Below are positions 24,501-36,958 of a DNA stretch of 64,000 nucleotides, in pieces. Source of the DNA: Klebsormidium nitens (Eukaryota > Plantae > Klebsormidiophyceae); contig DF236979.1 in the NCBI GenBank assembly GCA_000708835.1, forward strand, positions 272,208 to 336,207. Direction: 5' to 3'. Each line of letters starts with the position of its first letter. The stretch's first letter is position 1. The notes below the pieces were generated by a model. That model made no database searches. It was not told where the DNA came from and saw only the letters and a program-made list of their open reading frames with translations. Both the position numbers and the translations under genes were made by a program.

Positions 24501-27500
24501 GAACCGTTGTTCGTTTTGGAGTCATGAAATTACACACGACGCAAGTTCGTTAGGATAGCTTTCATCTCATGGCACTGCAACGCCCGGGGTTTAAAAAGGC
24601 ACTAATCCTATGTTGCTGCGAATTTCCATTTTACTGATTGATCTTGAACGTAATCGGCTACGACCTAACGGGCGGGTGGATTCCGAGTCCCCTAAGACTC
24701 GGATCCAAGAAAGAAGGAAGACCGGAACTTCAATCGAGGCAGATAAGGTCTCCGTGAGAGGAGAACAAAATATCCTGCGTGGTCAGAAGGTTACCCGGTC
24801 TTGGGCTGGAAAAGCCTTGAAAACTTACGCAACGGAGAGCCCGGAGACGAGGAGGTAAGGGTTCGGAAGCATGCCGCACATGAGGTAGAGCGCATCGAAA
24901 GCCCAGTACTCCAAACTGCGAAGTTTGAGGAACACAGCGGGTGAGCTCGACGAGCTCTTCGTAAGCGGATCGACGGGCCAGATTGTGTCCCCCAGGAGAA
25001 GCCGATCGACTGAGATCATCTTGCGCTTGCCTCTCTTCTGAGCTGGCAACGACACCTATTCAGGTGGCTTGATCCCGCTCTCTCAGACAAGCCAAGCGAG
25101 CTGTATACAAACCCAATATAAAAGGACGTTTCCTGTCACACATAGGATAAGGTTTATATATAAGGGCTCAGAAAGTCTCTAGTCATCAAGACGTGGAGCC
25201 CGACTTTTGGCTTTAGATTTGTGCCAAGCCAAGCACGATAGGTTGTGTTACAAATTCAAGCAGCAGATATTCTCCCTCGAGTTGAACCCTGTTGACATGC
25301 GCTCTTCCGTGCAGTCTGCTCATGGAAAGCGACTGATCTTCCAACTTTGACGGTGCCGCAGAAATGTGGTCATCACACAGATCAGCCATTCTCACCACAG
25401 CATGACCGTCGATGGCACCCCAAGCCGTATCTGGGCCGTCCATCCGCTGGTGGCCTTCGCCCACGAAAACCGCGGCCGCGCCTTCGCGTAACGGGGAGAG
25501 GTGAACACGTGTCCCGCCAGGCACAGGAAGATCATGCTGTACGCCAGGCTGGTGGCGATCGCCGCGCCGTCGAGACCCCACCCAAGGTAATGGACGAAGA
25601 ACCTGCAAGGGGGAATTGCAGTGAATGGGTGAGGTCTTCTCTGATAAGTGCACTGAGCTCATCACGTGAGGCGTCGAGAGCGAGCTTGGGCTCGCAAGGT
25701 GAGGTAGGAGCTCTGTAGGAGGGACAAAAAGGGAAACCGGCTGGCGACGGGAGGCGTCGAAGTGAGGTGCGCGTTGGGACTTCGATCAGCGTCTTTAAAA
25801 ATCAAAAGAACGACTCTGCATGATCAGATTCCGCATGTAACTCATGGTGTCAACACAAGCGGAGGCGAAGAGGTTGCGTCTTTGAACCGTGCCGGCTTCA
25901 ACCCCAACGGGCAGACTCTCCGTTCCCCACATTGCGCTCATGAAGACCTCTTTCTGAACAAGGAAGTGCTGTCTTCTTGGAAGAGACCTGAGAGTCGGGT
26001 GGACCTTTAGACACCCAGACGTACAGACGTACCAGTTGTTGGGCACGTGGAAGAGGAGGGCGACCACGGAGCAGGCGGCCAAGGGCGCCGTGACGCCCTG
26101 CGACTGCAGGAACTTGAGCAGCGGCTGCGTCCACGCGTTGGCAAACAGGCTGGGGATCAATAAATGCATGTAGCGTGCCGCAACCTGCATAATTCAGAGA
26201 ATTGTCAAATCTCGAAACAGTTCAGGAATGGTAAGCTTCAGGAATAGTAAGAACACCAGCCTGGGACGGGTAGGGTTAGTTTGGGGGGTTAGGGTGGGTA
26301 CGGGTGCGGCGAAGGTAATTTTACTAGATAAGGTTACTAGTGTTTGGTTTGAGCTTACTATTCCTTGAGCTTTCTAGTCCTGAAGTGTCGCGACATAAAA
26401 ATCAAGCTCAAGTTTCGATGAGATTGAAGCTGACGCTAAAGACCTACACCCAACATTCACTCGCTCCACACCCATGCCCACCATAAAGCCCTTCAGGCCT
26501 TAACCACACCCGTCCAGATCATCGCTTGAGCTGAGTAAATCACCTATTTAGAGATCAAGCGCGAGATGACGGTTGAAGAAAGGAGAAACGAACCTCAGGA
26601 ACAATAAGCTTTGAGTAGCACCAATAACCCTTACTCAGAAATTCACCTCCTCCGGACCCGTACCACACTAGCTAACCCCAAAATTGATTCCACCCGGTCC
26701 AAGGTGGTCATCCTGTTATTCCTGCCATAGTAGTAGTATTCTTCAATCCCGACACTTACCTGCGCGAGCGTTTTTTCTTGGCCCAGGAAAATAAGCGCGC
26801 GCTCGGCTTGCAGCCAGCACAGGCTGACGACAGCAGCGATCAGCGTGAGGAGGAGGAGGCAGCGGTACGTGGCGTGCCCCAGTTCTGACAGCTGTCCCGC
26901 GCCGAACGCGCGCCCGCCGAGGGTTTCGAGCCCGAGAGCCATGCCGTACTGCGCAGGGGGGAAGGAAGAACGGTTAAGGAATGACGTTGAGGGTTCAGGA
27001 ATTGGGCCTTTGAGGCATGCGGCCAAAAAGTTGCAACGAGGGTTTGGGTTCTGAGGATCCGGACTGCCTTTCCCCCACTTTCAAGCTTTTCGTCCATACT
27101 TCGAGCTCACATGACTCTTGATTGTTAGTATCCGTACATCCCTTTTACAAGCAGTGTTTGCCTAAGACGCATTATTAAGTCATTAGTTGAAAACTTACTG
27201 CAACTACCGAATACTTACTGACATCTTAGGACATTGGTCGGAAACTGAGAAGGAAGCAGGAAGCGCACCTTCCAGAAAGTTTGATAAAGAGCATGATCTC
27301 AGTTCCTAACAACACAATTAACCATCGCTCTCTCGAAGAAGCGTATGCACAGATCAAGAAAATTGTTGAAAGCATGAAGAAAGTACAATGCGCAGGTGCC
27401 CCATCTCCCTCACCAACAAATAGTGCCCGGTTGCACTCGCCAGCGACGTTGCCAGCTGGCAGCTCGCAAGCGCCAGCGCCCCGACGTGGCCCACAAACGC

Positions 27501-27767
27501 CGCTGATGTCAGCACCAATAGCATCTGCACCACATTCATGCCCACAATCGGCGCCGCCACCCTGATCTGCTCCCTGGCCTCCTCCATAAGCGCCCCCCTA
27601 CCACCATAAGCGGGCGTACGGGGGCCCAGCTCATTCTTTGCCTGCCAAGGGCCCACCAAAACCTCCAAACCCTTGGCGTTTAAATGCAGCTGGTTGGCAG
27701 CCACATTGTCCTCCTCAGAGGAGCGGCGCCGGTCTGCGAGCAGCTTCTGGGTCTCTATGTCGTCCAT
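21524..27767 (-). CDS. MATE (DTX-type) multidrug and toxin efflux transporter, 10 exons
   Basis: Exons 27767-27414, 26948-26760, 26184-26033, 25602-25396, 24915-24829, 24286-24230, 23959-23715, 23238-23120, 22562-22476, 21646-21524, all phase-consistent. Motifs: FVGHVGALALASCQLATS, GMALGLETLGGRAFGA, LKFLQSQG, LGWGLDGAAIATS, CLEYWAF, STRVAAELGA, ILRGCGRQ.LGA.V.L.SYYLVGLP, RTDW. Confidence 0.94.
22370..22460. repeat. Intronic about 60-bp tandem duplication
   Basis: CTCTAGTTCTTCAGAAAACGTAAACCACCA at 22370 and CTCTAGTTCTTTAAAAAACGTAAATCACCA at 22430. Confidence 0.7.
23045..23135 (-). repeat. 34-bp triplication of MATE exon 8 end plus donor
   Basis: Minus strand: GGGTTTGGGGTCTGG|GTAAGC (real), TTTCGGGTGTGG|GTAAGC, GGTTTGGGGTCTGG|GTAAGA; donors 34 nt apart. 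Confidence 0.85.
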
Positions 27768-29350
27768 GTTGCTTATTGGATTGGTGAATTATACTAAATA
27801 CGGTTTGGAAAGCCGCATGAGTGGATGGCAAAAGGGGGGCCCATGTAGTGCGCAAAGCAGAGCTACAGTGGGTGGCTTCCTCAGCTACCAAGAACACGCA
27901 GCTGCATGATTGGGCCAGTCTTTACGTTGATGTTCTTGATAGATACTGTTTTGCGCATCGGCTGGAGCTCCTTTCGGCAGATCTGAGGTCAACGCTTTGG
28001 TGCCTTTGCTCGCGCATGCTTCATGACTAGGCCTCATCTCCATATGCTCAGCCGTCTGTTGTGTGCTCCACCAGCATGCACGGAGAAATTTCCTGCCTAC
28101 AAATACGTTGATCTATTTTCCTGCTCTGCGCGTCGTCTTCCAGCAACGCTGATAACCAGTGCATGGCGCCTCTACTCTGACATTGGCGCCTTTCTCACAC
28201 CGACTCTACTTCGCAAGACTGTTTCTACTCCAGCTTCGGAGTCACTGGCATGAAGACCGAATGTCTTGGAAAGGCGAAACTCGATCTGGTATTTTCTCGC
28301 GGGCCAACTCGGCAGTGACGTCAGTGCTTCAAGCATCAAGCGAGACTTGAAGCGAGAATCACATGCTGGGTCGTCTCGATCCAAAGCGTAACGCAACTTT
28401 ACTGAGCGCGCCAAGCCCGAGCTCAAGAGCGAAGCCGCGGAGCTGCCTGAGCTGACGAGCCTCGTGCCACTAACTTGAATGCGGTTTCCGTCGCACTTAC
28501 CAAGCCCAGCCTCGGACAGTTCGACACCCCCGCATGAGATTATTGAAGGTTGGTATGCAATGCCGCGTCGAGACTTTCGAGACTTTCGCACTGTGTGCTC
28601 CCTCAATGTAAATCGGATGATGTTAGAGAGCTCAATTTAAGGCTCTCTATGCTTCGTGTGTTGTATAGAAGCGTTTTAGTAAGAACTTAGGCTGTGTCTT
28701 GGAAATAACCTGGAGGGTTGAGTACTAGATATTCCAAGATTTGCATGTATTCGCGCCAGAAAAGCATCACTGATAATAGATTTACCGTTGATTCTTCCAA
28801 GGTACCTCGCAACATATCATCTTGATTGTTATCATGTTGACGGAAAACTCGTGCTGACACCGACTCAGCAGCAGATCGGTCAACCGAGAAATGCTTGATG
28901 GTGTTTGAAACCTCAGTGCAGTCATTCATAGAAATATCGCGGACCACTGTAGGAGCTAAGAGGCGTGTGTTGCCTCAACAGTAATGTGAGCAGCAACCTT
29001 CCGCGAATAACCAACGGCCTGCTAACCCGTCCATCCTCCCCTCACACACAGAAACTTTACAATCGATGGTCGACAGTTGGGTACCAATATCGATCCAACG
29101 GCAGGGAACTTTCAAAGCTCTGTGCATGACCCCGCCCGGCGGGCCCGCGCACCGCGGGGGGGCCGCCGCGAGCCGCGCAGCAAAACGAGCAGACTCGGAA
29201 CCGTCCTAGCTGCATGGGGGCCGTCTCTTAAAGTTATATCCACAAATGGCGACCTGCAATGGTTGGAAGCTCTGCCGCAACCAGCTGAAATTTGTAGAAC
29301 CTATCTTATTCATTTAGAAGACTTCAGCATTGCAAAGAGAAGGATTCGCC

Positions 29351-32300
29351 ATGGAGATCTTTGCAGCCATAGAATCATGTGGGAACCCCGGCCTGCAAGC
29401 CCGGTTCAAGAAAGCAATGAGCCACATTGAGCGCACGATCGAGTTGTATGGCTGCGACGCGCTGGCATTCAGCTTCAACGGTGGAAAAGATTCAACTGTA
29501 AGTAATGAAAACCAATGAATGTGCTTGGAAGAGACAAGAGCAAGTTGCTTTGGGGGGGTATTAGGGAATTAATTGAAACTGCAGATCTGTTGAATGGATC
29601 TGTTGAGAAGTGTAGATTTCGGAATAAGCTCTTCCTGGTCAGCAAATGAAACCATTTGTCAAAGGAGGGCTTTTCGGAAGTCCGCGATAAATATCTGTAG
29701 CTGTTTGCATAAGTCACACTGAAAGCTGGTTGTCCTGGACAAGAATCTTCGGCCCTTATCAATGACCAGCGTACATACAGATAAGAAGGGTTTTGGATTG
29801 CTGAGCATGGCAGCCTGGCTTCTGCGTTAGAATGCAGCCTGTCTACCTTCAACACTTTGGCAGACAGTCGTCAATGCTGATCTGCAGCATTGAGTTGCTC
29901 AGAAATACTGGTATTCTACTGCTGAACATTTCGGTTCAACCTAACCGCTTGGAGAGACTCCTCTCAAGGGTTTCCAAAAGAAGTACCACTCCTACCACTG
30001 TTCACTTGGAATTCAGCGACCCACGCCTATTGGAGCTTGCATTTACCTTGAAAGCCTACCATTTGTCGACACTTTGATGGAGGGTTTGCGCCACTGCCCT
30101 TTTTCTGACCGCATCTACCAGCCAATCGAGGATATTGTCTTGGTGCCATCGACTTCGCCTTTTTTGAAGAAAACATTCTGACGCCGTTGTCTCTTTGTAA
30201 GATTGTCGGTATGTTTGTTGCGTATTTTCATCATGGTCGACGTGGATATTTTGAAGATGGGGATTGGAGGAATACTTGATGATTTGGGGTACATAAGAGC
30301 ACCACCAAGCATCCAGGTCTCATGAATTGACGCCTCCATCTTATACTGCCAATCATCGTCATGCCTCTTCTGGAGTATGACTTCTCAAGCATTCTCACTG
30401 AGCCAAGAATACATTTCGGGGGGCTAAAACAACCCTTGAGGACAATCACTGTAGTGGCTTCTGTCAAATCAAAGATCCAATTGCTTTTGGACTCAAGGCG
30501 CTGTCATTCTTCAACTCATATCACAATCACGTAAATTGCCTCGTAAGGATTGAACAATATTCCCCTTGCCTGACAAACTCTATTCTCCGCTGCTTTGCGA
30601 CAGGTCCTCTTGCATCTCCTCAGAGCAGGCTACGCGGCGGCAGACAGCTCAAGCCACACTCTGTTGAAAGGCCAGGCGAGCAATGGTCCAGCGGTCACCC
30701 AAGAGCACCCCATACGGACGATCTATTTTGAGAATCCGGAAACATTTCCAGAAATCCATTCGTTCACTGTGGACTGCGCACAACGGTGAGGAGCAGCTCT
30801 TTAAGATGATAGTGACCTCTGTCAGTCGGCCTGCTCTGTTCTTAGACATTCCCGCCTTATAGTGAGGGGCTTTCCAGACCTGTTCGGTGCTGGGGTGATT
30901 ACCCTTGTCTGTAGGATCTGTACCAGATTCTCAAGGACCAGGCCCTGTTTCTGATTGGAGTTGCCCCTCCGGAAAGGTAGAGGGTCTCTCCGTCTGGTTT
31001 CGAAAAACTTATCTGCATCTATCTATTCAGCCTGAAGCAGGTTTTCATTCTCCTCAAGGAATCATGGGACGAGTGAAACAACTCTGCCAAGCGTCGCTGG
31101 CAAAGCTCACTCAATTCGACCTCACGCTCTTTGACGCCTCCCTTCAAAAATATTTAATGTATCAAATCAATCAACTTTTCTTCTTCGTCCCCGCATCAAG
31201 CAGCCCCTTGGTAACTGCAGGTATCACCTAGCGCTCGAAACGATCCGGCTAGACTTCCTTAGCGGTTTGAAGAAAGTCCTTGCAGAGCGGCCAATCAAGG
31301 CGATCTTCCTGGGAACTAGAGCGGGGGACCCAAACGCGCGCGGCCAGGAGGTGTTTGCTCCGAGCAGCAAGGGCTGGCCCGCCTTCATGAGGGTCAACCC
31401 GATCCTAGATTGGTCGTACCAGTGAGTGCTGATCTGGAAGTAAATCGGAACTCGTATGTGTGGTGGAATCCTCCACCTTGCCTTCTGAAGTTTGGAAGAA
31501 AAGGTGCTCATGGGGTTGGGTTTGATGGATGATTCTATCTAGACAAGTCTAATGTTGAAATGTTGTTAACAACGTGTTTGGATACGCTGAAGCTCTGTGT
31601 GCTTAGTCGATCTGTCGAATCCTAGAAGTTTCTGAAGATAAAAGTCTGCTCAACGGACGAAAACAAGGAGGGGGATTTTAACATGTGCCATCAAGGGTTC
31701 GTGACCTCACATAGAGCTGCTTCATGATCAATGCTTTCTCCCCAGATTCAGAATTGGAGTGAATTTATCTTGATTGTGTTCATCTGCTTGTAAAACGGCA
31801 GATGTCAAATCTTTGAACGGGTCTTGATGTGATCTCAATGATTTTTATTTTCGCATTGCAAAAGACCAATCGTCGTTCCTTCCGATTGAAGACCCTCAGC
31901 CTGCACGACATCAGCAACTAGATGCCACGACGTCACTCCGAACTGGGTGCTGACGTGGCTCTTGCTTGAACCGTGCAGTGACGTGTGGGACTTCCTGCTC
32001 GCCTGCCAAGTCTCCTACTGCAGCCTCTACGACGTCGGCTACACATCGATCGGAAACATCCACGACACGATTCCAAACCCCGCGCTCCGGATCGAAGAAG
32101 ACGAGACAACCCCGGAAGCGAGCGGAACGGGGCAGCCGAACGGAAACGGTCTTACAGAGAGCGTCGGAACGGACGGGTACCGTTACCGCCCTGCCAACGA
32201 ACTGCGGGACGGGAGGTTAGAACGCTCAGGCAGGTTCAAGAAGAAGGTGACGTCAGCGGAGGGGAAGGCTGGGGGTGCTGACGTCAGCGCGTCGGAACGG

Positions 32301-35300
32301 CGAGGGGAGGTGTCGACGAGCGGGCAGGAGAAGGGGGCAATCATGGTGGCCTCGGTTATCGTTGTGGGAGACGAGTTGTTGTGAGTAGACTGCGCTGAGC
32401 ATGCTTTGAGTTGCTTGCTTGCGGCTTTTGTTTATCGCCGACTCTCGCTCCTTTGAACACGATGTAAAATCGGTCCCATGCAAGTGGCAATCAAAAACAC
32501 GATGTGATCAGTCCGGTGCAAATGGCAATCAAAGTCTGTTCTTCCTTTAGTTTACCCCTGATGTCGTCGATTTGTCAATGTACAAGTGACCGTTGCTCTC
32601 GTTCGTTGCATCTGAGGAAACAAGCTTTCTTCGTCGAGGACGTCTCGCAGAGCTGCAGAAGTGCTGTTTTACGTCCTTGACGATCTTCAATCTGCGACCT
32701 CGAACGGCCCAAAATAGCGTCCAAACCAGTCTCTTGCACCCTTCTCCCCTAGCAAAACAGCGTTCAAAGATCCAGTGCGTTCCCCTGCATCTAGCACCCA
32801 TCGGCAGCCCATCTGACATCAGCTGTCCCGCCTCCCAAAGGGGTGACGTCGGCCCATCCATCACTGCTCCTTACTGACGGGCCGTAAGCTTTGTGAGCGG
32901 CTGCAGATTAATCACCTCGATTGTTGACTCGGGGGGGAAGTGACCTCAGGGGGTCCCTCACGTCATGGCTCTTCCTTCTGCAGGCGGGGTGACGTCAGCG
33001 ACTTCCGGGCACCCCTCCTGAGCAAGCGGCTGCGGGCCGCGGGGTGGCTGCTGCGGCGCGTCGTGGTCGTGCCGGACGATATTGACGCCGTCTTTGCCGA
33101 GGTGCAGCAGCACGCGCGGGACAGCGATCTCGTAAGTTCGTGGTTCTAGGGTCCAGCAACATCTGGATTTTAGGGTCTCAGTCCTATTCCTTCATTCTCA
33201 AGAGTGCCGTCGCAGAAATGCAGCAACATGCGCTGGCCAGCAACCTCGTGAGTTCGCGCTTCTCCATCGTCTGCTTCAGCCGTTCCTCTCTTGTCTCTTT
33301 TAGGGCATCTCCTTTGGGAATGTCCTCGGCGTGCCTTCCCCTTCTGCTGTTGGATCTTCCGCAAAGTCACGAGCCGCATTGCATGAAAGAAAGAGGCCCT
33401 TCCTCGAAATTGCTATTTTCGCGAACATTTGATTGTGCAGTCGGTGCAAAAATCTCGTGCCTCTTGGTCGAGTCCGCTTTTCGTTTGTGTTCATTCTCCG
33501 TTTTCCAGATCGTTTACAAGCTCTGTCGGCTATGGTCAGTATTGTGGCAGACCGACAGTAGACCAGAAGCAGCGTCCAATTCTAACGGAGACAAGCTATC
33601 TCGTACGTACTCGGTATACCTCCAATAAGCAAAACTCGTAGAAGCGACAACCGGTCGATTGCTGTTGCGACCTTCCATCTTCGAATCCTTGGGTGAAGTC
33701 AAGAGTACGGCACTTGGTTCAACACAGGTGGGGTTGTGTTGGAATTGCAGCATATCATTCCGCTTCAGTGACGGATTAGAGAAGAAGCATGGCGAGCAAG
33801 TCGGAAAAAAAGCATCTTCCTGCAGGTCCTGGTTAGCGGGGGAGTCGGCCCCGCCCTGTGTGACGTCACCCTTGACGGCGTGGCCAAGGCGTTTGACGTC
33901 AGGCTTACGTCCGATGCGGAGTTGCTGGCGGAGTTGCAACGGATTCACGGGACGGACAATACGCCTACCTTCCTGAAGGTACTCCCCAGCATTTCCGCCC
34001 ATTGTCAGCAAGATTCTACCTATTTTCCGCGCATTGTCAGCGTATGAGTACCCAGTGTGAGCGTATTCTTCTTAGTTTCAGCGTATTTCTGTCCAGCGTC
34101 AGCGTATCTCTTCTTAGTGTCAGCGTATGAGCACCCAGTGTGAGCGCATCTCTTCTCAGTGTCTATTCAGTGTCAGCGTATCTCTTCTTAGTATAAGCGT
34201 ATGTCTACCCAGTGTCACCGGATGCCTTCTTAGATGTCTACCCAGTATCGGCGTATCCAACCACAGCCATCTCACTGCATAAAGGTCTTCTCGAACAGGA
34301 GCGCACTCACTTGCGTCGGCAGTATGTGGTTGTAATCACTTACGCAGAGTGGCTTAGGGAGGCCGTCGCAACCAGGGGCTTAGAGGTCTGTTAGACCGCT
34401 TCTTACAGTGCCGCTTTCTTGAGAACATTCTCGCTTTGCGGCTTGCCAAGGAGTCTGTTGAAGCGTTCGGCGTGCAGAGCAATCCCAACAAGGTCCTTGC
34501 ACTGACGAAACTTGTCACCAGTGCAGGAAAACGGAAAATACCTCAGATGCTTGCCTCAAGCGCTTTGCAAAAGCTAAACGGGTACGTGTCCTCTCGCAGT
34601 TGGCCGAAGTTCCGGAAGGCATAACCGAGCTGTTGCCGACTTCGGGGGATGCTTTTCCTCTCGTGAGCCCTTGACTCCGTTTTCCTTCTTCGTCATCTTA
34701 GACTGCAGATGCCGTCTCCTCACCCTCTACTCATATTAGCCTCTGCAAATGCATCGCCTTGAGATAGCGCAAGACAGCTGCCTTGCAGAACGGTGGAATC
34801 AAACTCTGTAGTATCAAAATACTGTTTGCCGTCGCCAGCCAAAGCTTGGAAAAGGCGGGCAAGCATTGACCACTGTGTAACTTTGCATGGACTGCCGTTT
34901 TTGGTATATCAGGTCACAGATTGTAAATAAGCTGTGCGGAGCTCATCTGCTTGTGCCACACTCGATGGCACACTGATGCCCTATATCTCCCGTTTCCTCC
35001 CAGCTGAAAGTGAAGAACGTCGTCGTTGTCTCGGGCCGGTCGCCGGTTCTCGAAGCACAGCTGGCGGCGCTCGAGGAGCTGAGCCGCGGCCGGCGGGACT
35101 TGCTCAAACCCCTTAAACCCTTCGTGACGCGGACCGCGGAAATAGAGGCGACCGACCGGGAGGCTGCGGCGGCGATGCTGCGGACGATGCGGGACTTCCC
35201 GGGCCTGCAGATTGGTGAGGGGAATTAGACCGAGGCGAGTTGGATAGTGTTGTAGAATTGTTCGAAAGCTGTAGCTACAAGAGTTGTACATTGCATTCGT

Positions 35301-36128
35301 GACTTGCGCGGTGAGAGCACAAATCTAATTGGGAGATCTGACAAACAGTTCAGTGCCTTTCCTAGTACGGCGAGATACTGCGTGATGCTCCTGTCGATTG
35401 AGAAGCGCTGATTGTGGGCAATCAAATAGGATCCTTTTCAGCAACTATCTTTACTTTGCCCATTTCTGAAAGTTGCCGGTCATCCACGGGGCCTTGCCAG
35501 CGCTATCTTGGTCTTTGTTGAGTGTCTTCGACAGAATTGCTGGCCAAAGCGCATAAGAGCCTTAGTCTAGTGCCGGGCACGAATTGGATAACCGACGGCA
35601 CTTTGCCCCTGAAAGCCTCATGACATGGTTTGTGTATTTGTTTGCAGGGTATTTCCACACGGACAGCCATCCAACTGACACGAAAGACCGCTTCACTTTG
35701 ACTATTGACGGCAAGGTACGTTCTGCCGCTCTCTCCGCTTGCTTGGTCACTTCGACTTAGGTTCGAGGCGACTGGCGTCTTTTTATGGGCTAGAAAGACG
35801 GGTTAAAAGACACATTGGTTTGTCGACGCCTGCATGTGTGGTGATTTTTTAGCAAAACGGCTGAGGATCATCAAGATACTTCTACTTTCCTTATCACTGC
35901 CAAGAAGCTCCTGTTTACTACTTGCCGTTCTTTGGGCAAGCAGAGCGCTTTCGAAACAGCCCTTGTTCCAGGTTTGTGTGTTTGTCGGATCAGGTGCAGC
36001 AACGCAGTGCTTTCCCCCTTGTGCAGAGTTCGGCAGAAGTGTCAGCCGCACTTCAGACCTTCTCAGATGCATTGGATGACGCACGGAGACAAGGGTCAAA
36101 ACCATCCGAAGGGGCAGTGCAAAGATAG
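29351..36128 (+). CDS. FAD synthase (PAPS-reductase fold) fused to C-terminal molybdopterin-binding/CinA-like domain, 10 exons
   Basis: Exons 29351-29497, 30604-30785, 31221-31421, 31979-32380, 32984-33131, 33826-33978, 34600-34662, 35004-35214, 35648-35715, 36027-36128. Motifs: AFSFNGGKDSTVLLHLLR, FPEI..FT, IFLGTRAGDPN, WPAFMRVNPILDWSY.DVWDFL, YCSLYDVGYTSIG, ERSGR; then VIVVGDELL.G, VVPDDID, SGGVGP..DVT.DGVAKAF. Confidence 0.93.
33095..33260 (+). repeat. Intronic echo of FAD synthase exon 5 end plus donor
   Basis: GCCGAGGTGCAGCAGCACGCGCGGGACAGCGATCTC|GTAAGTTCG (real, 33131) vs GCAGAAATGCAGCAACATGCGCTGGCCAGCAACCTC|GTGAGTTCG (33247). Confidence 0.85.
34005..34260. repeat. Intronic degenerate minisatellite
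   Basis: Repeated GTGTCAGCGTATCTCTTCTTA and AGCGTATGAG(T/C)ACCCAGTGTG units of about 20 nt. Confidence 0.75.
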
Positions 36129-36958
36129 CAGCCGAGTCTTGGCACGAATTGTCACGCCCATTTGCGTGCCAATTATTTGCCAACAATGCAGATACCAATA
36201 CTGGTATTGAACTCACTGAAGTGGCAGTCTCTTAGTTGTTCTAGTGGCGTTCAACTACAAGAACACAGGCTGAAAGGTGCAGGTCCAGTTAATACACGTC
36301 GATCATCTCTGGGCTATCGCCAAGTGTCCGCAAGTTGAGAGGCGGCCTGAAATACCAATTTGAAAACAGGTTTGAGGGTTGATAACCACATGGGCACGCT
36401 TCAGTATAATATTGAATACACAAAGAGTGTCCGATTGACGAGTGGAAAAATCCTACCGTCTTCGACGATGACGTGAGCGTGGAATGTCGGTATTCTATGC
36501 GTTATGCAACATGCGCTGGCATCATGCACGCTGCACGAGTCGATATGCACTTCTTCGATGTTCAGCCATGTGCCGCAGGGCGTGCATGCTCGGGTCAGAT
36601 GCAGCTCCAGATATGCATATGGTCTGTAATCTCTAAGCTTGAGCTCTAGTCTAATTAGTTCTCAGGTTGACATGTGCAACATGCACTTGACTTCCTTGAG
36701 GTTTAACACTTAATGGGGAAACGTGATTGCATGAACTTGTACTAGTAGTCTGGCTGGGCATGCGGAGCGACAGGATGCACGGAACAACAAAGAGTTCTTC
36801 AAGTGCACCGTGTGGTCACTTGCTACGGTAATAGCAACGGCAGGGGTTCATACCCAGCCATAGAGCTCATTGCAAAAATGGTCAACACAACAAACACCTC
36901 CCTCGCTTCAATATCCGATACCAATAAGAGACTAGCTTTGCAACTATCGTACATGTAC

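Noticed and set aside
28172-28947. Minus-strand ORFs 28172..28606 and 28687..28947 between MATE and FAD synthase
   Set aside because: No recognisable motifs or convincing exon chain. A small gene or decayed element cannot be excluded, but it is unsupported.
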